From the NCBI GenBank assembly GCA_038087875.1, contig CM075996.1:10294001-10358000 (forward strand): a DNA stretch of 64,000 nt. Reading direction: 5' to 3'. Under the pieces are notes generated by a model, which did not search any database, was not told the DNA's origin, and worked only from the letters and a program-made list of their open reading frames with translations. Positions 40,828 to 52,989 of this stretch are shown here, one piece after another; positions within the stretch are counted from its first letter, which is position 1, and each line of letters begins with the position of its first letter. Both the position numbers and the translations under genes were made by a program. Source of the stretch: Malacoraja senta. Lineage: Eukaryota.

Positions 40828-40954
40828 GACCCACCTCCAGGATCTCAAGGAGGTGACCCACAACATTTTCTACGAGACGTACCGGGCGAAACGTCTGAAT
40901 GAGAACGGGAACCTCGGCACCGGCGCGGAGGAGGTCCACGAGAGCAACCTTTGA
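40828..40954 (+). CDS. SEPTIN3: Septin-3-like last coding exon
   Basis: ctccag|g acc...; RTHLQDLKEVTHNIFYETYRAKRLNENGNLGTGAEEVHESNL*; no coiled-coil tail, as expected for the SEPT3 group. Confidence 0.93.
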
Positions 40955-41692
40955 AGCTGCCCCGACCCAGCCAAGCCTCCCGCCCCACACCCCCTGTGTC
41001 TGAGCTCACTTTTGTAACAGGTCTAATGTAGAGGTACAGCGGAAACACAAAGCTACCGTTTACCAGAGCGGGGAGGAGGCTGCTCTCCACTCTGTACTTT
41101 AAGAGTGAATGTGATTCCTATTGAATTGTTGATTTAATGTTAATCTTCCCAATACCAGTCGACCTCAAGGCCTGATGATACCACTCCCGCTGGACTTTCC
41201 CACGTTTAGTTTTTAGTTTAGAGATACAGCGCGGAAACAGGTCCTTCGGCCCACCGAGTACGCACCGACCAGCGATCCCCGCACACTAACACTATCCCAC
41301 ACACACTAGGGTCTTTTTTTATTTATCATTTACACCCAATCCAATTAACCTACAAACCTGTACGTCTTTGGAGTGTGGGAGGAAACCGAAGATCTCGGAG
41401 AAAACCCACGCAGGTCACGGGGAGAACGTACAAACTCCATACAGGCATCAACCAGAGTCAGGATTAGACCCAGCGTGTAGATTGTTGAACCATGTTCACG
41501 GTGGATCTCAAACTGCTTCTCACGCTGCTATTCACACACGTGTATCACAACACGCTTGTTGAATGACGTGGAGCTATGAATTGTAGTTGTTTCTGGAGAG
41601 CGGACCTGTGGCTGCAAAAGCTGCTGGGGTACAGGCAGGGCAGCACGGGTTTGACGAGACATAATTCGTTGGGCTGGGGAACCCAGTATGGG

Positions 41693-42537
41693 ATCCCACT
41701 TCTGACACCATGTAATGAGTCGAGTCGTATACACGTCAAGATACAACACATATTTATTAAAGTCCACCTACAGCATTGGTCTGCAGGATGTTACAGTAAC
41801 TAGCAGCTACTCAGACTGAATTACGTAAGCAAGCTCTTGGTAATATAATAATAATAATAATGAATTTTATTTACGGGCGCCTTATACCGAGGTCTCAAGG
41901 ACACCTTACAGAGATTTATAGGAAACATATAATCAGAATTTAAAAAATAAGTTATAAAGACCAATACACAAATCAGGGACAGAATTCCTTCCAAAAAGAC
42001 AAAAAAAGAAAATCAGAAGCACAATTTGAGGCGAGAGCAGCGGCAACGAAACCGCGCCAGCGTCCACTCTCCCCTCCGACCGCCACCTTGAACACAGACT
42101 AACAAATACAATTACAAACAATTACATACAAAAATCATCCCCCCACAGTGATTTCCACTGTGGGGGAAGGCACAATGTCCAGTCCCCAGCCCCAGTTCAC
42201 CCAAAAAAAGTCAGGCCAAATGAGGCCCCCGCTATTGCCTCTACGGAGGCCCGATGATCCTGGCCGTTCTCGCCGGGTGATGTAGCCCCGGCGTCGGGAG
42301 AGTCCTCCAGCAGCTGGGCCACCTGGAACGGCCGCATCCCTCACCGGAGGCCGTAACTACGGCTGGAACGGCCGATTTCCCGCAGGCAATATATAAATCA
42401 CATATTAGGCGGAGCTACTACTAACAAGCACTACAATTGGTTAGTAGGAAATAACCAATCTACAGCTCCCAAGCCCAGCAAGTACCCTGAGACCACTTGA
42501 GACCAGGTCTATTGTAAAACCTGCTGTCTAGATCACA
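41693..42537 (-). mobile_element. LTR-retroelement relic: 5' LTR (~41711-42537) plus tRNA-Leu PBS
   Basis: TGGTGTCAGAAGTGGGAT (41693-41710) directly after an LTR-like TTACA end; AATAAA at ~41753-41758 on minus; outer end at 42537 is tentative. Confidence 0.7.
41848..42387 (-). mobile_element. GC-rich short retroposon with a (TTA)n tail, inserted in the LTR
   Basis: (aat)n tail at 41848-41862; AATATA duplicated at 41842-41847 and 42388-42393. Confidence 0.6.
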
Positions 42538-44682
42538 CTGATGTGCAAACTGCTGGGGTTCAATTACAAGGAAAGAATCCCTTTGGGTTTCAAATCCATT
42601 TTGCTTTTCCCCTGAGATTATTAGTCAAAAACCACATTTATTCCATGAAATGCTCAGGATTACTATTTCATTGCTTCAGGTTTGGTAAAAGTATAAACAA
42701 GCACGAAAGTATTGACAGCAGTCTGGGGTTTTGAAAAACATATGTCAATCTCTCCGACCTAAATTAGTTTAGGTTTAGAGAGAGAGCACGGAAATAGGCC
42801 CTTCGGCCCACCGAGTTCGTGCTGGCCAGCGATCCTCGCACACTAACACTATCCTACACACACACACACTAGGGATACATTTTACATTTACACCTACAAA
42901 ACCTATATGTCTTTGGAGTATGGGAGGGAACCAAAGATCTCGGAGAAAACCCACGTGGTCACGGGAAGAGCTTACAAACTCCGTACAAACAAGCCGCCTC
43001 ATACATGTCACGCTGGTGTACACAATCCATGCCACAACACCAATTTAGCTCCTTCTAAAATGGCCCAATTATGTAGAGTGTCACCCGTTGTAACAGTGAG
43101 GTGTGATTCTTGGTGGGTGGGCTTGTGCGGGGGGGTGGGGTGGGAGGTTCTGAGCAGTGTTGCTACTCACAAACCAGTGGAGGAATGAAGCAGGGGGGAC
43201 TATTCGACCTGCACCAATGTAACTCAGTTGGAAAGTAGACACAAAATGCTAGAGTAACTCAGAGGGTCAGGCGGCAACTCTGGAGAAAAGGAACAAGTCA
43301 CTCACTCTCCCCTGACTCTCAGACTGAAGAAGTATCTTGACCTCTTTATTTCCTCGACCTTACCGTGGGTTTTGTTTCAACTGCACTCACCTGCAGGTAA
43401 ACTCACCCACCCTCCACCCCAACTCCTGTCCATCCAACACACTCCATCTCTGGCCATTGTCCCCCATCTGCCTCTCCACCCCCGCTCACCCCCCCCCCCC
43501 TCTGATGTATCCCCCAATTACTTGCCAGGCATTGTCTTGCCCCTCTTCACTTCCTGTTTTCTTTCCTTCCCCCTCCACCACAATCAGTCTAAAGATGGGT
43601 CCCGACCCGAAATGTCACCTCTCCATGTTCTCCAGAGATGCTGCCTGACCTGCTGAATTGAGTTGATTGATACAGCATAAAAACAGGCCCTTCGGCCCAC
43701 CGAATCCATGCTGACCATCGATCACCCATTCACACTGGTTCTATGTTATCCCACTTTTTCATCCACTCCGTACACACCAGGGGCAATTTACAGAGGGCCA
43801 ATTAACCTACAAACCCGCACGTCTTTGGGATGTGGGAGGAAACCAGAGCCCCCCGGAGGAAACCCACGAGCCCACAGGGAAAACGTGCAAACGCCACACA
43901 TACAACACCCGAGATCAGGATGGAACCCAGGTCGTTGGTGCTGTGAGGCAGCAACTTTCCATCCCGATCTCTCTTCTTGTGAATGTTCAAGTGATGGGAA
44001 TTTCTGGCCCACTTCCACTAATATTCGGCAGTTTGGTGTCATTGGGTAGGTGTCAGAGCCTGCACCTGTCTGAAGAAGGGCCTCCACCCGTAACGTCACC
44101 CATCCCTTCTCTCTAGAGATGCTGCCTGTCCTGCCGAGTTACTCCAGCTGTTTGTGTCTATCTTTGGTTCACACCAGCATCTGCAGTTCCTTCCTACACT
44201 TTGGAAAACACATCTATATTCCAGAGACCGATGTTGGCAGGGTAGTTGGTAACTGTAGATTGCCCCGTGTTTGTGAGCCATGATGGGAATGTGGGTTGAA
44301 TGTGGGAATTTGATGGAATTAACGCAGGATTAGTGTGGACGGGTGCTTGACGGTCAGCGTGGGCGTGGTGGTTCCTGGGACTTGTTCCTGTGCTGTAAAC
44401 AGAGCATGCGTGGTCTGACCACACACACTCACCTGGTCTTTGTTCCAGAGTAAAACTGAGCACCAGAGGTGGTAGAAATCATCTGAATCTACCTCGGCTG
44501 AAACTCTGGGCTGTTATCAGTCGACTGAATATTCTGTACTGAGCAAATGTTCATTGTAAGGCAGCCTGGACATCTGAGAGAAGGAGCCTGGGCAGTTTAA
44601 AAGGTCGCGTGCAGGCAAGGCCTTATTGTTTTTCAGGCCCGACAGACAGCCTTAGCGGCAGGGAAAGGGAGTCAGGCGCTCG

Positions 44683-45255
44683 CGGAGCAGCCATGTTGAG
44701 AAGGGCCATGTTGGAGCGGCCATGATGGAGCAGCCATGTTGAGAGGGGCCATGTTGGAGAAGCCATATTGAGAGGGGCCATGTTGGAGAAGCCATGTTGA
44801 GAGGGGCGATGATGGAGCAGCCATGTTGAAATGGGTCATGTTGGAACAGCCATGTTGAGATGGACCATGTTGGAGTGGCCATGTTGGAGCAGCCATGTTG
44901 AGAGGGGCCAAGTTGGAGCAGCCATGTTGAGAGGGGCCATGTTGGAGCAGCCATGTTGAGAGGGGCCATGTTGAGATGGACCATGTTGGAGCAGCCATGT
45001 TGAGAGGGACCATGTTGGAGCAGCCATGTTAAGATGGACCATGTTGGAGCAGCCATGTTGAGAAGGGCCATGTTGAGAAGGGCCATGTTGGAGCAGCCAT
45101 GTTGAGATGGACCATGTTGGAGCAGCCATATTGAGAGGGGCAATGTTGGAGCAGTCATTTTGGAGTGGCCATGTTGAGATGGACCATGTTGGAGCAGCCA
45201 TGTTGGAACAGCCATGTTGAGAGGGACCATGTTGGAGCGGCCATGTTGAGAAGGG
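44683..45255. repeat. Minisatellite, 14-16-bp units built on ccatgttg
   Basis: Alternating gagcagccatgtt and gagaggggccatgtt units. Confidence 0.95.
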
Positions 45256-45499
45256 AAGCCGTGTAGTGGATGTGATGCTGTAAGTCAAACAGTGGGTCAA
45301 ACTGAAGGTCAAACTGAGGAGAGCACGGAGTCATAATAACGACAAGCAAAGACATTGAAGGTGTATTTCTTCATTGTTCCAGCAGATTTATTTTCAGTGT
45401 GTATTAAGAAGGCCGCTGCGGCAGTCAGTGGAGTGCTTGCTGCTCTTGCCAGATGTGGGAGGTCAGGAAGAGATGTGTGGACAGATGTGTAGACAGATG

Positions 45500-47660
45500 T
45501 AAAAGCAACAGGGTTGTCGTAGTAGGTGACTAACTTCCCCAGTATTGGCTCGGACTTCCTTAGTGCAAGAGGCTTCGAGGGAGCAGAATGTGTGAGATGT
45601 ATCCAAGCAGGTTTGATGAAACAGTTTGTGGAGAGTGTAACTCAAGGAGGAACCTTGCTGGGTCTTGTGTTGGCAATTGAGCCTGGACCGGTGACTGGTG
45701 TTTCAGTAGGAGAGCATGTTGGCAACAGTGGTCACAACAACCTTTAAGCTGATTACGAACAAGGATGAATCTGGACATTGGGAGAAGGCCCTACCTTGGA
45801 GCCAGGCAGATGACAACATTATTAGGCAGTAGCTAGAGAGACAATAGAGGGTGCAGTTGTTACTGGGTAAGGCTACATCTGACATGTGGGAGTTCTTTAA
45901 AGAACAGCTGATCAGAGTTCAGGACCTGGGTGTTCCAGTCAGGAGGAGGGACAAGAAAGGGAACCTTGGATGATCAAAGAGGTGGTAAATATGGTCAAAA
46001 AGGAAATGGATCTAAGGTTTCGGACGATGATGTCAGCAGGGCTTCTGAGGAATATAAAGAGAAAGGAACTTAGGAGCACCAGAAGGAGCCATTAAATGTC
46101 ACTGGCGAGTGGAATCCAAGAGAATCCAAAGGCTTTTTATACTTACATTTTATACCACATGGTGGCGCAGCGGTAGAGTTGCTGCCTTACCGTGCCGGAG
46201 ACCCGGGTTCAAACCTGACTATGGGTGCTGTCTGTACGGAGTTTGTACGTTCTCCCTGTGACCTGCGTGGGTTTTCATAGAGGTCTTCGCTTTCCTCCCA
46301 CACTCCAAAGACGTGCAGGTTTGTAAGTTAATGGGCTTGGTATAAATGTAAAAATTGCCCCTAGTGTGGGTAGGGTAGTATTAGTGTGCGGGGATCGCTG
46401 GTCGGTTGAGACTCGGTGGGCCGAAGGGCCTGTTTCCATGCTGTATCTCTGAAACTAAAACTAAAAAACTAAAACCAAGTGGGTAACTGCAATGGTAGGA
46501 CTGCTCACGGGTAAAGGAGGGAATTTATGTTTGAAGTAAGAATATGACAATGAAGTAAGAATTATGAGAATTATGAATTATAAGAATATGAAGTAAACAT
46601 TTCAAGTAAGAATTAGTGAATGAAATCATGAGAGGAATAGATCGGGTGGATGCACAGAGTCTCTTGCCCAGAGTAGGGAAATCGAGGACCAGAGGATATA
46701 GGTTCAAGATGAGGGGGAAAAGATTTAATAGGAATCCGAGGGCTAACATTTTCACACAAAGGGTGGTGGGTGTATGGAACGAGCTACCAGAGGAGGTAGT
46801 TGAGGCTGGGACTATACCATCATTTAAAAATAGTTAGACAGGTACATGGATAGGACAGGTTTAGAGGGATATGGACCAAGAGCAAGCAGGTGGGACTAGT
46901 ATAGCTGGAACATGCTGGCCGGTGTGGGCAAGTTGGGCCGAAGGCCAGTTTTCACACTGTATCACTCTATGTCGGCAAGATACTAAACGAGTACTTTGCA
47001 TCTGAATTCTCCAAGGAGAAGGACATGGAACACAATGAGATTAGTCTGAAATGTACGAATATATCTCGAATGAAGTTTTTTATTTTAATAAATGTTTCCA
47101 TTCTTCTTTAACTCTTTTTCTTTTCTGTTTTTTTTGTTGTTTTTTTTTCACTTTCTCTCTCTTTTCTTCTCTCTCTTTTCTTTCTTTACTTCATCTATCT
47201 TTTTAGTTCTATCTAGTTTAAAAAAAAAATAATAATAAAATAAAAAGATTAGTACGGGTGTCGGGTTATGGGGAGAAGGCAGGAGAATGGGGTTAGGAGA
47301 GAGAGATAGATCAGCCATGATTGAATGGCGGAGTGGACGTACTCTTGTTCCATGTGAGATCAGTGTGGAGTACAATAATATGCTGGGGCATTTTGAGATC
47401 AAGAAGAAGGTGGTGTTGGGTGGCACAGCAATAAGGTGGCTGTCTTCAGGGACTGATTGGATCTATCCCAGGTTATTGAGAGATGCAAGAGCAGAGATTG
47501 CAGGGGTTTTTTATGAAGATTTTTGCACAGGAGAGGCCCCTGTCACAGTAGAGTCACTTTTATTCCTTTGTTTAAGAAGGCAAGCAGAGGGAATCCAGGG
47601 AAGTATTGGCCGGTGAGCCTCAAGTCAGTGGTAGGGAAAGTATTTGAGAGGATTAAAATA
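45500..47660 (+). mobile_element. Old CR1 ORF2 remnant, fragmented by younger SINE and CR1 insertions
   Basis: EN-like VGD.NFPSI...LGLVLAIEPG...VGEHVGNSGHN; later IPLFKK...GKYWPVSLKSVVGK. Confidence 0.7.
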
Positions 47661-49444
47661 ATTCCTATGTTGTATTGCTCTATATTCTATGTTACCATGT
47701 GTTAGTGTTTGTGGTAAATAATTGATTCATTGTTTAGAATGATTAGATTTGTTACATTGCACTTTATTTTCAAATGATTTGATGAGTGAGAAAAACTAAG
47801 GTACGATTTTATTTTAGATGTTGTGCCTATGGGTTGTAAATATTACATAATATTGAATGACGGCACGTAATTTAGTTTAGAGACAGACTGGCCGAACCGT
47901 TTGGTTTCGTGCCACTTTACTCCATCTTGTTCTATCAACACCTGGATAGAGTGGATGTGGGAGGACGTTTCCACTCGTGGGAGAGTCTAGGACCAGAGGG
48001 CACAGTCTCAGAATAAACGGACATACCTTCAGAAAGGAGACGAAGAGGAACTTCTTTAGTAAGAGGGTGGTGAATCTATGGAACTCATTGTCACAGAAGG
48101 TTGTGGAGACCAAAAGGTGGAGATGTTCTCCAGCGATGCTGCCAGACTCACTGAGAGACTCCGGCACTCTCTGCCCTGTGTTAAACATTGTGTTGGGATT
48201 AAATGGTTGAACAGTGCTGAGAGATATGGAAGTGGGCTGAGGAATACAGTAGTGGAACAGCGTGATATTGAAATAGGAAGAATGACAGGAAGGTGGAAGG
48301 GATTGATGATGGAGATAAGAGTAGGTGAAGATAGACACAAAATGCTGGAGTAACTCAGCGGTGCAGACAGCATCTCTGGAGAGAAGGTGACGTTTCGGGT
48401 GGTGTAAGTGATATGGTGCAGGGTGTTGTATGGCAGCATAACAAGGGGTATGTGAATGGGGAAGGTGCAGTATTGTGCTGTGTAATACAAGAAGAAGACG
48501 GGTAGGTGAGACAACAACAACTGGGATGAGTTTATTATTGTCACAGTTACGGAGACACAGTGTAGAACATTGCTTTGGCCTGGAGAGAGTGGATGCAGAG
48601 AGGATGTGTCCACTGGTGGGAGCATCTAGGACCAGAGGCCACAGCCCCAGAATAAAAGGATGCAACTTTGGAAAGGAAATGAGGAGGAATTTCTTTAGCC
48701 AGAGGGTGGTGAATCTGTGGAATCCATTGCCACAGACGGCTGTGGAGGTTAAGTCATTGGATATTTTTAAGGCACAGGTCGACAGATTCTTGATTAGTAT
48801 GGGCGGGGAGAATGGGGTTGAGAGGCAGCCGTGATTAAATGGCGGAGTAGACTTGATGGTCCGAATGGCCTACTTCTCCTCCTATGACATGGACTTTGCG
48901 TGCTATCCAGGCAGATTGTACTTTAGAAGAGTAAAATCATACCACACACAACCACAACAGGTAGAGCAAATAACGAAAATAAGCAGAGTGCAACAATATA
49001 TTGTGACAGCGACAGGAAAAGTGCATATTAAAAAAAATGCAAGAGTCACAAGGAGGTAGATTGAGAGATTGGGAATGCATTCTTAGTAAATGAGAGGTCC
49101 GTTCACTCGTCTGTTAACAGCGGGGAAGAAGCTCTTCTTTAATCAGGTGGTGTTCTTTTAATCCTTTGAAGCTTTTGAGGGGGGGGGGAGAGGACTGATT
49201 AAAAAAGCAGCCTGGCCCCACACTACTGAAGCTCGACCCCCATAACTGCACAGTCCCAGCTCCACAGCATTTAGTGCAAAACCTGTACACAGATTATACA
49301 AATCTATAGGAGTATAGATTCAGAAAAGTGTAAGAAAGAAAGAAAGAAAGAGAGAAAGACGGTGTGAATTTGAAAGTGTAGTCTGGGTTTGATTAAGTGG
49401 TGGAGTTAGGACTGAGTGGTAGCAAGGTGAAGCTTCAAGCTTGT

Positions 49445-50110
49445 GATATGGAGAGAGGGATGATATGGAGAGAGGGGTGATATGGAGAGGGATGATATGG
49501 AGAGAGGGATGATATGGAGAGAGACAGGTGGTATGGAGAGAGGGGTGATATGGAGAGGGATGATATGGAGATATGGAGAGGGGTGATATGGAGAGAGGGA
49601 TGATATGGAGAGAGACGTGGTATGGAGAGAGGGGTGATATGGAGGGATGATATGGAGAGAGGGATGATATGGAAAGAGGGTTGATATGGAGAGTGATATG
49701 GAGAGAGGGGTGATATGGAGAGAGGGATGAAATGGAGAGGGATATGGAGAGAGGGTGATATGGAGAGACGGATGAAATGGAGAGAGGGTTGATATGGAGT
49801 GAGGGATGATATGGAGAGAGGGATGATATGGAGAGAGGGATGATATGGAGAGAGGGATGAAATGGAGAGAGGGATGATATGGAGAGAGGGGTGATATGGA
49901 GAGAGGGATATGGAGAAGGATATAGAGAGAGGGATGATATGGAGAGGGATATGGAGAGAGGGTGATATGGAGAGACGGATGAAATGGAGGGAGGGTTGCT
50001 AAGGTGAGAGGGATATGGAGGGAGACGAGTGATATGGAGAGAGATGGGGATATGGAGGGTTGATATGGTGAGAGATTGGGTGCTATGGAGAGAGACAGTG
50101 ATATGGTGGG
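49445..50110. repeat. Minisatellite, ~17-bp unit (gagagagggatgatatg)
   Basis: Direct inspection. Confidence 0.95.
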
Positions 50111-50831
50111 ACCATGATATTGAGAGGAGGACGAGAGCTTTGACAAGATTGATGTTGGTGGAGCACTAAATGAAATGGAGTGAGACTGCGCCATAATGGA
50201 GATCAGGCCTCATAGGTCTGGGTATATGTCTGAGAGCCCAAACGTTGAGGTTACAGCAGGCAGGGCTAAAGCAGCAAGTTGGTACACAATGTCCATGGTG
50301 CCGCAGAACAATTTGACCCACGTTATTCCACTGAGTGTTTTTGTCACGAGGTTTGTCCTTAAGCTACTTTGATATCTGTGGTGTTTGAATTGATATTTCA
50401 CGGGTTAAATGTTCCCAAGTTGATTGCCGATGTTTGTGCAGCATTGTACCTCGTTTGCCTGAGTTCAGCTGTCATGAATCTTCTCCTTCGGACGCCAACA
50501 CTGGGGTCTGCTAACGGACGCCAACACGCCGGAAGTTCAATCACAAAAGGTTCCGTATGCTCATGAGGCAGAGCAGCGTAACGTCTTCACACCCGACCGT
50601 GTTCTAGAGGCCAACAAGATGAGCTCTCCCCGTCTTCATCCCTTGGTTCTGGTGAGATGCCAAGTACAGTTTCCAGTTGTACAATCAATCACTCACCTGA
50701 GGTGGGTCTGATCAAGGCAGGGATCTCAAGTTGTCGAAAACATTTCATGTGTATTTTCATCAATGTAGGCGGTAATGAGTTAGTAATAGATTATTCTTCC
50801 CACGTTCAATTTGTTTTAACTAAGAGTGTAA

Positions 50832-51059
50832 AGGGCCTGTCTCACTTGGCGATTTTTTCGGCGACTGCAGGCATCATTGACTGACGTATCAGGTCACTGA
50901 AAAATATGCGGCGGGATGACGTATGACGCGCGGTGTTTTTTCAAGTGTCGCAATATTTTTTTTTTGTCGCCGCTGGATTTTGAAATGTTCAAAATCTTTT
51001 GGCGACACTGATGCGACGCCGGCAGTCACCGAAAAAAATCGGCAAGTGGGACAGGCCCT
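50832..51059. mobile_element. PIF/Harbinger-like MITE
   Basis: ~38-bp TIRs agggcctgtc.cacttg.cgattttttcgg.gactgc; flanked by TAA and TTA. Confidence 0.8.
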
Positions 51060-52734
51060 TTAGATATGTCAACCCCACTCCTCAACTACCTGACTGTGAC
51101 GGGTTGCGAGAGATGGCTAGTTTCATTCACAGAATATGGACTAAATACGCAACCAGGGTTAAGATGCTGCCTGTCCCGCTGAGTTACTCCAGCATTTTGT
51201 GTCTATCTTCGATTTAAACCACATCCCCAGTTCCTTCCCACACACTTAAGATTATCTGAAGTTGGAGCAGGAATAGACCGCACTGCCTAATCAAACCCGC
51301 GTAGTAATTCAATGAGATTTTGGCCAAAGCCAGTATTCTGGTCTGCTTTCCCTCCGATCGCGATGTCCCTAGATTTTGTCCACTGTCCAGAAATGTATCA
51401 GAGTGGATGCTAACATTTCAGGACAACCAGGTAATGTCCTAATCCTCATGGGAAGAGAAAATCTGAACCTCCAATTCGATGACCTCTCAATCCGACTTGT
51501 TGGGTCAGAAAAAACATTAGCTAAATGACACTATAATGTCCTCGCATAAATCAGAATAAAATTGACTTTGGCCTGAAAAGTCCTTCACGTTCTCATCAGC
51601 CAGGTTAGCGTGTAAATCCTTGTGCCTCGAAGGATGAGTCAATGGGTGATTTACAGCCAAGCCAGAGTCAATTGCATTTTCTCAACAGGAGGAAATTCAC
51701 AATTAACTTCAGAAAAGTGAACTCAGAATTTGTTTAATTCATTTCAAGATCACCGCGAGGCCAACGTTTTACAGCCTTGTCCTGACTCATCCCAATACCG
51801 AGTGGCATTTCTGTGTCCTGTTACGGAGAGACAGTCTGAAGGACCAGAAACGTCACCTATTCCTTTTCTCCAGAGATGCTGCCTGACCCGCTGAGTTACT
51901 CCAGCTTTTTGTGTCTATTGTCAGCCCACTGAGGGCAGACGTAGACCAGACCACGACAACATGGCACAGTGGTGCAGCGGTAGAGTTGCTGCCTTACAGC
52001 GCTTGCAGCGCCAGAGACACGGGTTCAATCCTGACTACGGGTGCTGTCTGTACAGAGTTTGTACGTTCTCCCCGTGACCTGCGTGGGTTTTCTCCGAGAT
52101 CTTCAGTTTCCTCCCAAAAGACTTAGAGGTTTGTGCGTTAATTGGCTTGGTGTATGTGTAAATTGTCCCTAGTGTGTGTAGGATGGTGTTAGTGTGCGGG
52201 GATCACTGGTCGGTGCAGACTCGGTGCCACTATCCAACATACACTAGAGATGATTTACAAATTTACCAGCCCAATTAGCCTCCAAACCTGTCCGTCTTTG
52301 GAGTGTGGGAGGAAACCAGAGCACCCGGAGAAACCCACGCAGGTCAAGGGAAGAATATACAAACTTCTTACTGAGAGCACCCATCGGCAGGATTGAACCC
52401 GGGTCTCTGGCACTGTAAGGCTCTTCTCTCCAGAGATGCTGCCTGACCTGCTGAGTTACTCCAGCATTTTGTGTCGATCTGAAGCATTATGATAGATGTG
52501 TCCCACAATGGGGTTGAATGAGAGGTGATTTGGATTCCTGCACTAACTAGAGTTCAAATTCAAGTTCACATTTATTGGTACAGTGAAATTTGAGTTACTA
52601 TACAGCCATACGAATAAAATGAACACAATAGAGTTTAACAGAAACCCACCTGGTATTGGACAAAAGGTGAACGAAAGGGATGACTTGGGACAGGAACTGT
52701 AGGAGGGAGTTTTGTTCTGCACCAGTACCCTGTC

Positions 52735-52989
52735 TCTGGTTTCACTCAGATAGGAGAGGCACAGACACAAAATGAAACCGCTCATAGATCAGTGGTGAGT
52801 CTATCAAGCAAGTTGGTTTATTGAAGGTCTTATCAATGCACACCATGAAGTACACTCTGAGAGAACACAAAGTGTTTCCAGTTGTGCATTGATAAGGCCT
52901 TCTATAAGCCAACTTGTTCAATAGACTCACCGCTGATCTATGTACGAGCTGTTTCATTTTGTATCTGTGCCTATCTGAGTGAAGCCAGA
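52735..52989. mobile_element. Foldback/MITE-like element with ~105-bp inverted arms
   Basis: 52735-52842 matches the reverse complement of 52883-52989; ~40-bp spacer. Confidence 0.8.

Noticed and set aside
41693..41710. tRNA-Leu gene
   Set aside because: Only the 3' 18 nt including CCA are present, which indicates a PBS rather than a gene; the SINE heads are likewise not tRNA genes
44433..44573. Minus-strand exon-like segment (ccttctctcag ... CAG|GTGAGT)
   Set aside because: Stops in all three frames and no partner exons; could be non-coding but is unsupported
49406..50194. 262-aa repetitive ORF
   Set aside because: Translation of the 17-bp minisatellite
50200..50700. Non-repetitive-looking stretch with short ORFs and a possible GT donor at ~50652
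   Set aside because: No recognisable protein similarity or consistent exon structure
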